IMG/VR virus record: IMGVR_UViG_3300037515_000541
Span: 1 to 24,677 of that record
Reading direction: 5' to 3' (one strand)
Source of the DNA: a virus
Taxonomy: Duplodnaviria > Caudoviricetes
Length of the DNA stretch: 24,677 nucleotides
The notes beneath the pieces were generated by a model. That model had not been told where the DNA came from, did not search any database, and saw nothing but the letters and a program-made list of their open reading frames with translations. The position numbers and the translations under genes are program-made. Positions 6,085 through 16,483 of the stretch are shown here, one piece after another (the stretch's first letter is position 1; each line of letters starts with the position of its first letter).

Positions 6085-8162
6085 GCGACGACGTCACCGT
6101 CGAGAAGGCCGAGTTCACCGGCAACTCGAAGATGCAGTCGAAGAAACGTCAGATCGTCGAACTGATCGCCGAAGGCATATCGGTCGTCGACATGTGCCGG
6201 CATCTCGACATCTCCCAGGCCGCCTACTACAAGATGCGTCAGGTCGACCCGGCGTTCAAGAAGGCGTGCGAGGAGCTCGCCCACGTCTCCCGCACAGCCC
6301 GCGGCGAGTTTTCGAGGCCCCGCAAACTCACCTTCGACCCGAACCGGCAGCTTCCCCCGAAGTGGGATTTCGCCAAATGGCGGATGACCTATCTCGGTCG
6401 TCCCACCACCGTGTTGGGTCAGGCGATCGCCGACGCCATGTTGGACACCACGTCGCGGATCACGTTCGTTCATGCCCCGCCGGGCGGCGGTAAGGACACG
6501 ACGGTCTGCGACACGATCCTCTACATCAAATGTGATGACCGGGAATACACCCGTGTCGCCTACATCAACGAAACCGAGGAGTTCGCCAAACGGCGGGTCG
6601 CTTTCCGAATCGCCCCCTATCTGACCGACCCGGCAGTGTATGCGGCGCCACCGCATAAGACGATCGGCGGTGAGAAGCCGTCCCGGTCACTGATCGAAGA
6701 TTTCGGGCCGTTCAAATGGGAGAAGGGGATGCGCTATCCGGACGGCTCCGAAGTGGCGAAAACCACTTGGACGCAGCTCACCATGCGTTTCCTCCAATCG
6801 GCGGTGGCCCCGGAAGCCGAACCGGACCTGTGGGCGACCGGCATGGACGGTGCCATCTACGGGTCGCGGGTGCAGCTCATGGTGTTCTCCGACCTTTTCA
6901 CCGTCGAAAACCAGCGGACACCGAACACCCGTGACGCTCAATACACCTGGGTGACCGGCACCGCCGACTCGAGGTTGGACGGGTCCGGCCGGCTCGTCCT
7001 CATCCACACCCGGTCCGGGGCGAACGACAATCAGGGGCGGCTGATGGAGCATTACATCGGTGACTCCGCCGTCCACGACTCGAAGACGGAAGGGCCGATC
7101 ACCGTCACCCGCTACGTGAACGGTGTGACCACCGTCACCTGTGTGGCGATCTGGACCGACGAGAACGGGGAGGAACAATCCTTCGATCCGGAGCGGTTCC
7201 CGCTCGACGACCATTGGGAACTGCCGGACGGGACGCTCATCCCCCTCGACGACATGACCCGGGGGGAGGCGCAGAAGAAGGGTGCCGGCACCAAGTCGGG
7301 GCTGCGCACGATCCGTGCCCGGCCGGACAGCAACTTTGAGACGATCTTCCAACAGAATCCGCAGGCGTCGTCCGAGCTCGTCGACTTCACCGACGCCGTC
7401 TTGGACCGCGCTCAGGCACCGGACCGGTCCTACGGGCAGATCCACCCCCGCGAAATCCGGGTGCTGTCGGTGGATCCGGCCCGGACGGGTGGGGCCGCCT
7501 GGTCGCTGCTCGGCGTCGACATCGCCGCCGACCGGATCACCCTCTGCGACTTCCGGTTCCACACGAAGTTGGGCATCGAAGGGATCAAACGGCGGCTCCT
7601 CGCCGACCCGATCATGCTGTATTCGCCGCAGTACCTCTGCTACGAGACGAACCATGAGGGCGGCGTCCTCTACGACCCGGACATCATCGCTCTCATCCGG
7701 GACATGGGGGTGACGGTCGTCGACCATTACACCAACAAGAACCGGATGGATCCGGAGATCGGTGTCGCCCGGATGGCCGGATCCATGGTCGCCGGCCGGG
7801 GTCCGTGGCTGCCCACCGCCACCCCGTTCGACAAGGCGAAGACGTTGACGGTGCGCCAGCAGTTCAAGAATTGGGACGCCGACCCGCAGTCGAGACGCAA
7901 GCAGCACCGGCAGAAGGAAACCCACCCGGATGACATTGCCATGTCGATCTGGCCGGGCTGGATTCACGGTGTGTCGCTGATCGACCGGGCGGCGAGGCGC
8001 AACACGAATGCGGAGCCTCGCCGGCCGGTCCCGGCCAGTGTCACAACCCGCTGGCGGGGCCGTGCCAGACGGGACGCGAAGGCAACCATCCGCGAACGTG
8101 CGCGGGCATCGGACATGTCTGTCGTAGACTTCGTCAAGATGTACCTCGGGGAGCCGCAGTGA
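6081..8162 (+). CDS. terL: Terminase large subunit with N-terminal HTH, 693 aa
   Basis: ATG 6081 (ATGA overlap); Walker A PPGGGKDT, GAIYGSR, Walker B MVFSD, IHTR coupling motif, FQQNP, RNase H-like SVDPA...YETN...PDDIAMS; directly upstream of the portal. Confidence 0.92.
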   Translation: MSDDVTVEKAEFTGNSKMQSKKRQIVELIAEGISVVDMCRHLDISQAAYYKMRQVDPAFKKACEELAHVSRTARGEFSRPRKLTFDPNRQLPPKWDFAKWRMTYLGRPTTVLGQAIADAMLDTTSRITFVHAPPGGGKDTTVCDTILYIKCDDREYTRVAYINETEEFAKRRVAFRIAPYLTDPAVYAAPPHKTIGGEKPSRSLIEDFGPFKWEKGMRYPDGSEVAKTTWTQLTMRFLQSAVAPEAEPDLWATGMDGAIYGSRVQLMVFSDLFTVENQRTPNTRDAQYTWVTGTADSRLDGSGRLVLIHTRSGANDNQGRLMEHYIGDSAVHDSKTEGPITVTRYVNGVTTVTCVAIWTDENGEEQSFDPERFPLDDHWELPDGTLIPLDDMTRGEAQKKGAGTKSGLRTIRARPDSNFETIFQQNPQASSELVDFTDAVLDRAQAPDRSYGQIHPREIRVLSVDPARTGGAAWSLLGVDIAADRITLCDFRFHTKLGIEGIKRRLLADPIMLYSPQYLCYETNHEGGVLYDPDIIALIRDMGVTVVDHYTNKNRMDPEIGVARMAGSMVAGRGPWLPTATPFDKAKTLTVRQQFKNWDADPQSRRKQHRQKETHPDDIAMSIWPGWIHGVSLIDRAARRNTNAEPRRPVPASVTTRWRGRARRDAKATIRERARASDMSVVDFVKMYLGEPQ

Positions 8163-10015
8163 AACTCAACCTGCTGGACATGGCGGAACTGCGGGCCGAG
8201 GCGGTCGTCGCCCACCGTGGATGGAAGCGCCGGTCGTTCGTGTTCGACACGATCGCCGCCGACGAATGGCAGACCGTGTGGGACGATCTGACCGTCGACA
8301 TCGGCGAGCCCTTGGTGGAGAACGTCCTGTTACAGGCGTTGGAGGACAAGGTGGCGTCGGCCGGTTCCATCGAACCGCGCATCGACGTGCATCCGACCCG
8401 TGGCACCCGTGCCGACCGGGCGGAGCGGGCCGCCGAACAGAAGAAGCGGGTGTTCCTCTCCTATTGGGACCGATCCCAAATGCAGCGGATGCGTCAGCAG
8501 TTGTTCATGGACTGGTACGGCCATGGCGCCTCCTACGCCTTCCCCTGGTGTGACCTCTACGACGAGGCGGGCCGGCTGCGACCGTCGGCGGAGCGGTTCC
8601 CGTATCTGGTCCGTCAGAACCCGCGGCACACCTTCCCGATCGCCCACAACCACACCGGCCGGCTCACGTCGGTGATCATCACCAAGCTGCGGCGGCTCGA
8701 AGACATCGAACTCGAATACGGGCGGGACCATCCGGCCATCATCGAAATCCGTTCCCGCTACGCCCGGGCCGGCCACCAGAACAAGCTCCGCCACGTCGAA
8801 GAAACATGGTATTTCGACGATGCGGATTCGGCGATCGCGTTGACGGCCCGGCCGATCCCCACCCGCTGGGACTCGTTCCGGTATGTCTCCCCCATCGACC
8901 AGATCAAAGGCGCCGACCGGTATGACACTTGGCTGGCCGAACCGGGGTCGCACGGCCTCAACTGGTGTCCGCTGGTCGAGTCGAAGCGTGTCACCAACGA
9001 CGGGGAGTACCGGTCGCCGCTGGACGTGGTGATCCCCCGCCTGAAGGTGGCGCAGAATTTCATGGCCCGACTCCTCGAAGACGTGTCCGATTCGGTGTTC
9101 GGCCCGGTGCTGATGGAAGGGATCGTCAACCCGGAGGATTACGGGCCGAACGCCGAACTGATCGGCGACGGGCAGGGCCGGGCCAAAGTGGAGTACCCGC
9201 GGAAGCCGTCCAACTTTGAGGTCCGGCAGGTGATCCTCGACCAGATGGGTATGGCACGACGTGACGCCAAGCATCCGGAGCAGCGGTCCGGGGAGGCGGG
9301 CGTGTCGATCGGATCCGCCAAGCACACCGAAACGCTGATGGGGGCTTTCAACGAGGAGCTGAAACAAGCCCACCAGGACATCGCGTCGATGCTGCAATGG
9401 GCGAACACCCTGTGCGCCAACTACGACGAGGTTCACGGTGCCGGCCGCAAGCAGATCGACGGGATCGACCAGTCGGGGGCGTGGGTCGAAACCTACGATC
9501 CGGTCAGGCTGTTCCAAGGGGACGGCCGCAACCGGGTGTCGTATGGGGCGGCCGCCGGGCTGGACCGGCACAACCTGATGACGATGATGTCGCTCGGCCG
9601 GAACATGCGGGCCATCTCCCAGCGGACGTTCATGCGGGAGACGGGACTCGTCCAAGATCCGCTGCAGGAGGAGCGGGACATCATGATCGAGGATCTGGTG
9701 GTCGCCATGCAGGGCACCGTGATCCAACAGGCGATGGAGGCGGGAAACATGGAGCCGCTGCGGATGCTCGTGTCGAAGATCGACGGGGACACGATGACGG
9801 TGCGGCAGGCGGTCACCGAAACCATCCAAGAAATGCAGACGGCACCAGCAGGCGGACCGCAGGGTCCGGGCGGCGGCGCACAAGGCCCGGACCCGCTCCG
9901 CCAAATCAACTCGCTCGAGGCGGGCGGATCCGGCACGGAGGGTGGCCTGTCCGACATCGGGTCGCGGCTGCGTGGCGTCCTCCCGTCCGGTGTGAACAGA
10001 GCCCTCACTCAATGA
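8159..10015 (+). CDS. Portal protein, 618 aa
   Basis: Follows terL with GTGA overlap; size, helical character, DWYGHG.S motif and low-complexity G/Q/P-rich C-tail as in podovirus-type portals. Confidence 0.85.
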   Translation: MKLNLLDMAELRAEAVVAHRGWKRRSFVFDTIAADEWQTVWDDLTVDIGEPLVENVLLQALEDKVASAGSIEPRIDVHPTRGTRADRAERAAEQKKRVFLSYWDRSQMQRMRQQLFMDWYGHGASYAFPWCDLYDEAGRLRPSAERFPYLVRQNPRHTFPIAHNHTGRLTSVIITKLRRLEDIELEYGRDHPAIIEIRSRYARAGHQNKLRHVEETWYFDDADSAIALTARPIPTRWDSFRYVSPIDQIKGADRYDTWLAEPGSHGLNWCPLVESKRVTNDGEYRSPLDVVIPRLKVAQNFMARLLEDVSDSVFGPVLMEGIVNPEDYGPNAELIGDGQGRAKVEYPRKPSNFEVRQVILDQMGMARRDAKHPEQRSGEAGVSIGSAKHTETLMGAFNEELKQAHQDIASMLQWANTLCANYDEVHGAGRKQIDGIDQSGAWVETYDPVRLFQGDGRNRVSYGAAAGLDRHNLMTMMSLGRNMRAISQRTFMRETGLVQDPLQEERDIMIEDLVVAMQGTVIQQAMEAGNMEPLRMLVSKIDGDTMTVRQAVTETIQEMQTAPAGGPQGPGGGAQGPDPLRQINSLEAGGSGTEGGLSDIGSRLRGVLPSGVNRALTQ

Positions 10016-10025
10016 AAGGAACCTG

Positions 10026-10388
10026 ATGGGACGCATACTCGAAGTCCTCCCGTCCGCAGCCAGGACCGCCACCCCCGACGACGTGGAGATCGACAGCCTC
10101 AACCATGCCGGGCTGATAATTATCGTCGACGTGACCGCCATCGTCACCACCCCGTCGATCACGGTCACAGTGAAAGGCGTCGACCCGGCCTCCGGACAGG
10201 ACTGGACGATTCTGGCGTCGGCGGCGATCACCACCGTGTCGACGACGGTGCTCAGGGTTCATCCGGCGCTGGCCGCCACCGCCAACCTGGTCGCCGACGA
10301 CATGCTGCCACCTCAGATGGCGGTGGCGGTCGCCCACGGCGACGCCGATGAGATCACCTATTCGGTGGCCGCCCACCTGACACCGTGA
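10026..10388 (+). CDS. Small beta-sandwich virion protein (capsid decoration/spike-base-like), 120 aa
   Basis: AAAGGA RBS; alternating beta-strand pattern SAARTAT...VDVTA...V.GVDP.SG...LP...TYSV. Confidence 0.6.
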   Translation: MGRILEVLPSAARTATPDDVEIDSLNHAGLIIIVDVTAIVTTPSITVTVKGVDPASGQDWTILASAAITTVSTTVLRVHPALAATANLVADDMLPPQMAVAVAHGDADEITYSVAAHLTP

Positions 10389-10389
10389 C

Positions 10390-10704
10390 ATGGCTTCACT
10401 GACGCCGAAAGGGCTGCCATATGGGGAGAATCAGAGGGCCGCTGACCGTCAACGGCAGGCTGGACTACCGCTGTCGAAAGAACCGTCCGTCCCGTCGACG
10501 CCGGGGGCGGCTTCTTCGGCTCCTACACGCAGTCCGCTCCGCGAGGGCGCTCGCCCGTCGGATGATCCGCTGATGATGTTGAATCCGGCGACACCGCTGG
10601 CGGTCGCACCCACCGCCGCCCAGCAGTTTCAGACGATCGCCGACCGTTCCGCCAATCCGCTGATCCGGCTGATCGCCATGAGGCTCGCCGATGACAACGC
10701 GTGA
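10390..10704 (+). CDS. Hypothetical Pro-rich virion-associated protein, 104 aa
   Basis: In-operon position; GLPYGE motif; overlaps the next gene by 14 nt. Confidence 0.7.
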   Translation: MASLTPKGLPYGENQRAADRQRQAGLPLSKEPSVPSTPGAASSAPTRSPLREGARPSDDPLMMLNPATPLAVAPTAAQQFQTIADRSANPLIRLIAMRLADDNA

Positions 10705-13700
10705 CGACATTGTCGGTCGGCTCGACCCGCAGGCTCGCCAGTCGGTGGAGCGTGGCACCGAGGTCCCGTCGACGCTGATACCGGACCGGGCCGAACAGGC
10801 GCTCGCACCGCCACCCCGGCAGTTCGGGACACCCGTCACACCCTCCACCCTGGTCGCAGACCGGGCGGAACGGGCGGTCCGTGACCCGATACGCACGGAG
10901 GCGGTTTCCAAGCTGACCGTGCTCGGTTTGGCGTATGCCCCGCAGTTGGATCAGCGGATGGCCCGGATCGTGGCGGAACGACTCCATGATTGGACGGGCG
11001 GGGATCCGGAGCTGGCCCTTCTCGTCGAATCCGACTTCGCCGAGGCGGTCCGTCAATCCTCGTCGGACTGGTGGACGCGGGCGACGCCGTTCACGGAGCG
11101 TCTGTGGGCGGAGGCGACGGCGGTGATCGAAGAAGTGCGGGGTGGGGACTGGCGTCGCCAGTTGGAGACGGAGCTGGCCGAACGGAACCGGCTGGCCGAA
11201 GTGTCCGGTCCTGACGCCCAGGCGACCCGGATCCTCGAAATGTCGGGGTGGCAGCGGGCCGCCTACGCCGCCGGCTTCGACCTGTCTGTCACGAATCCGA
11301 AGCTCGAACTGTTCGGCGTGCTGGGCGGTCCGGTCGGCGGGGCGTTCGTCGGGGAGATCAAACGGCGGATCCGGTTGGAAGGCGTCGGCCAGGCCGAAAC
11401 GGTGATCGAGGCGACCACCAAGGACACGCTGTTGCGTAGCCGGCTCGAAGCGGTGAGTGCGGCCAGGGCCACCCCGGAGATGGCGATGGCCGAAATCGCC
11501 CGGGTGTTGATCGCCGAAGGCCGGGCCGGGACGGTGGCGGAGGCGTCGACACTGTCCTTCGACATGTTCGGTGGGCTGTCCGACGAGGAGCAGGCGAAGC
11601 TTCTCACCGACATTCGCACCGCCACCACCGCCGAAGTCGTGGCAACGTTCGAGCGGTCCGTCCTCGACGTCGACCCGGCGGAGAAGGTGCTGGGGGAGAC
11701 GCTCGGATCCGCCCTCGACGTGATGACCACCTGGGATGCGGTGGCCCATTCGATCGGTGTCACCCTCATCGACGAGTTCGTCGCCAACTTCGGGGTGGAC
11801 ACCGGGGAGACACCGGCGGAGACGTTCGCCAACGAAGGGTGGGAGGCGTTCAAGACGTCGTTTGAGGCGATGAAGGAGGGGGGGATCGCCGGCTTCTACG
11901 GGATGGATCCGGCGTCGAGCGCGGGCGGCTGGGTGAACCTTGGCGGTGCGATCCTGTTCGATCCGACCACCTGGATCACCGGCGGCGGGGCGGCCGCCGC
12001 GAAACGGTCGATCCGGTACATGGCCACCAAGGAGGGGGTGGGGGCGTTCCTGTCGGGTGGGCGGGGAAAGATGATCATCAAGGCGGTCGCCGAAACCGAC
12101 GACGTGTTGAAGCTCGCCCCGTTTCTGCATGGCATGAGCGGGTCCGCCCGTCGCCGGCTCGTCTCGGCCACCGACCCGGCGGTCGTCTCAGACATCATCC
12201 GTCAAGAAGCGACCGAAGGCTTCTGGATAATGAACGGTCCCGCCTTGGGGATGCGGCAGCAGGCGTACGCGTCGGCGGAGACGATCGGCCGGGCGCTCGG
12301 CGATCGTCTGGCGAAGGTGCCGGGCGGGGGCCGTGTCGCCGACTGGCTGACCGAGATGCTCGCCCACCAGGATTTCACCCGGAAAATCAACTTGGGGGAA
12401 GCGTCATTCCTGGATGACGCCACCGAACTCGTCGTCGCCAGACATCGGACCGATCCGGTGAGAGCGAAGGCAGCCCTCGACGACCTGTACAGGATCTTCG
12501 ACGACGTCGAATCCGGTGGGGACGCCCTCGCCGCCCAACGGATCCTCGACGTCCAAGAGTTGCGTCGTCAGTCCACACAACTGTGGAAGGCGCAGACCGG
12601 ACCGGTCAAGTCGATTCCGAAGGCCCGTGCCGGACTGTCCGACGCCGCCACCCGCCAGCAGGATCTCGACGTGTGGGCCGCCGAACTGGCCCGGGAAATG
12701 GACCGGGCCGGCACGGAGGGTGCGCGGACCCTCGACGAGATCATGGCCGACGCGGGAGCCCTCGACGAGATGCAACGGGGTCTGACCGAACGGACCGGGA
12801 TGCTGCAAGGCCACGTCGACAGTTTCGGTGCGCAATACGACGACATCATCGCCCAACGCAAGAAGCTGCTGACCGAGGCGTCCCGGCTCCGCCACGCCAA
12901 CGATCTGGCGGCCCGCCCCGGTTCACGTTCGGATCTGGCCAAGTGGGTCGACGACTTCATGGACGGCTGGGCCGACGACATCGGCGTGCCCCGCTCCGAC
13001 GCCGGCAACATCATGTGGGGGGAGGTCCGCCAGTTCACGTCGCGGGGGGCGGAGGCGTCCGGACGGCTCGACCCGCTCGGCTCCGTCGCCGAAGAGGCCG
13101 CTGCGGCCGGCCGGTTCACGTCCGGGACCGACCACTGGTTGAAGGTGTCGCCGTATGAGATGGCGGTCTATCAGGGGGCGAAGGAGGCGGGGGCGCTCGC
13201 CGTGTTGAAGCAGGTGCAGCAGACGGCGGCGGCGCGGCGGCTATCCACGGCTGTTTCGACGATCAACGGGGTGTGGGCGGCGGGACTGCTTTTCAACCCG
13301 CTCAACGCGGTGAAAGCCCACCTCGAGGACATCATCAAGTTCCGGTCGGCGGGCGGGCCGGTCGTGGTGGCACTGCACGGGCTTGTCTCCCCGCTCGAAC
13401 AGGCCGGTCGGAAACTGATTCCGGGGCTGTCGACGACGACCGGCGGCACCGACCAGTTCATCCGCCAGCATTTGGCGGGCCTCGCCGAACGCAAAGGTGT
13501 GTGGGAGACGATCGAAACCGGCAAGAAAGGCCATTTCGAGGCGGCGAAACGCTGGTTGGAGGCCACCGCCCTCAACGACGACGGATTCCGTTTCTATGCC
13601 CGGTCGATCCTCGAAGACGACCCGTCCATCTTCCACCGCTGGTTCGACGAGGTCGGACAGTTCGAGCGGCGGGCCACCGCCTTCCCGATCCCCGGCACCG

Positions 13701-16483
13701 GCGGGAAGATGACGGCGCTCGACGCCAACGGCGTGTACGAGACGATGGGTCGGATCACCGGGGAGCTGGCCGCCCTGTCGTCGGATCCTTCGGCGTTCCG
13801 CAGGCTGTTACTCGAGACGGCCGGGTCGGGCAGTCGGGAGGTTCCGGCGAAGCTGGCCCGGATCATGGGGGCGGTCCCGATCGAACGGACCACCGCCCGC
13901 AAGTCGATCATCGGCGCCGGCTTCGACGTCCTGTACGGGGCGCCCGCCCGGTCCCGTGGCGGCGTCTTCTACGACCATTACAACGACGTCGCCATGGGCA
14001 TCTTCGAGAAGCGGTTTGAGGGGCGGATCGTCGACGACATGCTCGACGAGATCATCCGGCTCGGCTTCGCCTCATCCGCCGAGGAGGCCCGGTGGATGCT
14101 CACCGTCCGTTCCGCACACCTGGACGATTGGATGCGTCAGAACGGTCTGATCACCCGGGCGCGGATGGAACGGGAGGCGGCGAAGTGGTCGGAACGTCAC
14201 GCCCAGTCGCTCATGTATCTCGGTGGGGCGACCACCCGGCTCGGCAAGCAGCTCACCAAGGCCGCCCCGTTCGCACCGGCCCAACTCGACTTTCTGCGGT
14301 TCTGGTTCAATCAGATGGCGGCCGGCACCGACATCGCCTTGAACCGGCCAACCGCGGCGGTGGTCGGTGCGCTCGGCCGGTTGGCGGGCGGTGTGGACAC
14401 GGCAGTGGGACGGGGCCTGACCCGGGCCGCCGACGGGGCGGTTCATCTGCCCGGTTTCAACGTCCGGCTCGCCTCCCGCTGGTCCCATCTTGCCGCCGAA
14501 TCCGGCCGGTCCGAAGACGAGGAGCGGGGGGCGGCGCATCCGATCGGGCTGCTATCCAGGTTCACGTTCCTGCCCGTCGACTTTTCCGACCCGGACAACT
14601 TTCTGGTCGACTTCCTGCCCAGCGGCGGTCCGATCCCCACCTGGCTGATCCACATGATGCCGCCCGACGATCCGCGCCGCGAGTTCCTGTCAGACATCTC
14701 CCCGTCGCTTGACTGGATTTCGGGGCAGGTGTCGCTGACCGATCCGGAAGGCTGGCTGAAATATCTGTTGCCCACCACCACCCGTTCGATCACCGGTCAG
14801 ATCGGCTGGCTCACCCGCGGCGCGTCCACACTGGACTCCGACGCCCTGTTCGGGGCGGGCGGGCTGTTTGCGACCACGGCGGAGTCGCTGATGGCCTCAC
14901 AGATCGCCTCCCCCATCTTCGATTGGGAACGGCGGCCGGTCGGATTCACCGACGCGTTGAAACACCACCTGGGGGACATGCTCGCCGCCAACCCGGATCT
15001 GATACCGGGGACCGCCGCCTACGAGAAGATGCGGGACGCCGCCGTCCAGACGGCGTTGGATGATGCCAACTCGGCCGAGTTCGGTCAGCGGATCCGCTCC
15101 TACGCCGGGCTGCAAACCCGGTTCGGCGCCGACTCCAACTCGATCCAGCATTACGCCGGGATGATGGGGATGATCGACGCACTCCGCCCCGAGATCGGGG
15201 AAGCTCAGGCCGACCAGTTGGCCGGATGGTGGACTCAGATCCAGGACGGGACGGCCACCCCGAAGATGCGGGAGCTGTTCGCGTCGGGGGCGGCGACCGC
15301 CCTCCACAACGGCGTCTCCGATGTGACCAGGGACATGCTGATCGCCCGCAACCCCGGCCTCGCCGTCAACATGGTCGGCTCGGTTCAATGCTCGGTGGAT
15401 CGGGAAGGCAACTTCAACGCCCCCGACGGGTACTGCCGGGTAGACGGGCGGATCGCCACCGACAACCCGGCGTTGCAAGGTGAAGTAGGGGAGAAGGAGC
15501 GGGAACGGGGATTCCGGGAAGGCTGGTTTGAGCCGCGGCCCGGCAACGACGTCGCCGACGACATCGCCTTCGCCTACAACTCGGCCCGCCGCAACCATGC
15601 CCGGGTCCTGTGGGCGGCGATCGTCGGCCGCGATTACGGCAAGGGGATGAACAAGACGCTCGACAACAGGACGTTCACGCTGACAGAGTGGGCGGTCGAC
15701 CAGCTCACGTCGATCGGCATTGACGTCGACTCCCAGCCGATCCGCGGCGAGGAACTGCGCGACCTGTTCCGGGAGGCATTCAGCCAGTGGCCGCAACGGA
15801 CGGTGAGAGTGACGGATCTGCCGGTCATCCAAGAAATGTCGAAGTTCCCGGAGTATGCGGGCCTGGTGTCGGCGATCCGCCAGCTCGAGGATCTGCTTGC
15901 CAAGGGTGACGACCCGATCACGTCGTATTGGGATTGGCCGGAGTCGATCAAGACGGCGGTCCGTGACGAGTTCGCTGCCGCTGTCCCGACCGACCCGAAC
16001 CTTCTCGCCGACTACAACCGGTGGCTGCGGCCGGCGCTCGGCGACCTCGAATGGACCCCGCCGACTCCGCCACTCGTCGACGAATTGGAGAACCGGTTCC
16101 GGGCACGCCCACAAGACGTGGTGGTGGAGGACGGGGACACGATCCGGCTGCTCACCGCCGACGGCGACATCCGCATCCGCATCATCGGATTGAACGCCCC
16201 CGAACAAGGCCAGGCCGGCTATCGGGAGACGTCCGAAAACCTCGAGACGCTCCTCGCCGGCGCTTCGGAGATCGTCGTCGGCCAGTATATGCCCGAGAAG
16301 TTCGGGGCGGTCCAGCAGGTCGACGAGAACGCGGTGCGGCTGTTCGCATGGCTCTATGTCGACGGCGTCCCGCTGTACGATCCGGCGTCGTTCACCGCCA
16401 CCAACCAGCGGGGTGTGGCAACCGGCGGTGAAGTGATCGACCTGGCCGAGTTGCTGGCCTCGAACCGTGGAGGAGCGGACTGA
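10691..16483 (+). CDS. Giant putative internal virion (DNA ejection) protein with C-terminal thermonuclease (SNase-like) domain, 1930 aa
   Basis: Long Ala/Gly-rich helical ORF in the virion module; coiled-coil-like stretch about 12520-12920; C-terminal VEDGDTIRL...IRIIGLNAPE...RLFAWLYVDG. Confidence 0.75.
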   Translation: MTTRDDIVGRLDPQARQSVERGTEVPSTLIPDRAEQALAPPPRQFGTPVTPSTLVADRAERAVRDPIRTEAVSKLTVLGLAYAPQLDQRMARIVAERLHDWTGGDPELALLVESDFAEAVRQSSSDWWTRATPFTERLWAEATAVIEEVRGGDWRRQLETELAERNRLAEVSGPDAQATRILEMSGWQRAAYAAGFDLSVTNPKLELFGVLGGPVGGAFVGEIKRRIRLEGVGQAETVIEATTKDTLLRSRLEAVSAARATPEMAMAEIARVLIAEGRAGTVAEASTLSFDMFGGLSDEEQAKLLTDIRTATTAEVVATFERSVLDVDPAEKVLGETLGSALDVMTTWDAVAHSIGVTLIDEFVANFGVDTGETPAETFANEGWEAFKTSFEAMKEGGIAGFYGMDPASSAGGWVNLGGAILFDPTTWITGGGAAAAKRSIRYMATKEGVGAFLSGGRGKMIIKAVAETDDVLKLAPFLHGMSGSARRRLVSATDPAVVSDIIRQEATEGFWIMNGPALGMRQQAYASAETIGRALGDRLAKVPGGGRVADWLTEMLAHQDFTRKINLGEASFLDDATELVVARHRTDPVRAKAALDDLYRIFDDVESGGDALAAQRILDVQELRRQSTQLWKAQTGPVKSIPKARAGLSDAATRQQDLDVWAAELAREMDRAGTEGARTLDEIMADAGALDEMQRGLTERTGMLQGHVDSFGAQYDDIIAQRKKLLTEASRLRHANDLAARPGSRSDLAKWVDDFMDGWADDIGVPRSDAGNIMWGEVRQFTSRGAEASGRLDPLGSVAEEAAAAGRFTSGTDHWLKVSPYEMAVYQGAKEAGALAVLKQVQQTAAARRLSTAVSTINGVWAAGLLFNPLNAVKAHLEDIIKFRSAGGPVVVALHGLVSPLEQAGRKLIPGLSTTTGGTDQFIRQHLAGLAERKGVWETIETGKKGHFEAAKRWLEATALNDDGFRFYARSILEDDPSIFHRWFDEVGQFERRATAFPIPGTGGKMTALDANGVYETMGRITGELAALSSDPSAFRRLLLETAGSGSREVPAKLARIMGAVPIERTTARKSIIGAGFDVLYGAPARSRGGVFYDHYNDVAMGIFEKRFEGRIVDDMLDEIIRLGFASSAEEARWMLTVRSAHLDDWMRQNGLITRARMEREAAKWSERHAQSLMYLGGATTRLGKQLTKAAPFAPAQLDFLRFWFNQMAAGTDIALNRPTAAVVGALGRLAGGVDTAVGRGLTRAADGAVHLPGFNVRLASRWSHLAAESGRSEDEERGAAHPIGLLSRFTFLPVDFSDPDNFLVDFLPSGGPIPTWLIHMMPPDDPRREFLSDISPSLDWISGQVSLTDPEGWLKYLLPTTTRSITGQIGWLTRGASTLDSDALFGAGGLFATTAESLMASQIASPIFDWERRPVGFTDALKHHLGDMLAANPDLIPGTAAYEKMRDAAVQTALDDANSAEFGQRIRSYAGLQTRFGADSNSIQHYAGMMGMIDALRPEIGEAQADQLAGWWTQIQDGTATPKMRELFASGAATALHNGVSDVTRDMLIARNPGLAVNMVGSVQCSVDREGNFNAPDGYCRVDGRIATDNPALQGEVGEKERERGFREGWFEPRPGNDVADDIAFAYNSARRNHARVLWAAIVGRDYGKGMNKTLDNRTFTLTEWAVDQLTSIGIDVDSQPIRGEELRDLFREAFSQWPQRTVRVTDLPVIQEMSKFPEYAGLVSAIRQLEDLLAKGDDPITSYWDWPESIKTAVRDEFAAAVPTDPNLLADYNRWLRPALGDLEWTPPTPPLVDELENRFRARPQDVVVEDGDTIRLLTADGDIRIRIIGLNAPEQGQAGYRETSENLETLLAGASEIVVGQYMPEKFGAVQQVDENAVRLFAWLYVDGVPLYDPASFTATNQRGVATGGEVIDLAELLASNRGGAD

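Noticed and set aside
10691-16483. Tape measure protein or virion RNA polymerase
   Set aside because: No tail tube or chaperone genes adjacent, no periodic aromatic repeats noticed, and no DxDGD or T7-type polymerase motifs recognised.
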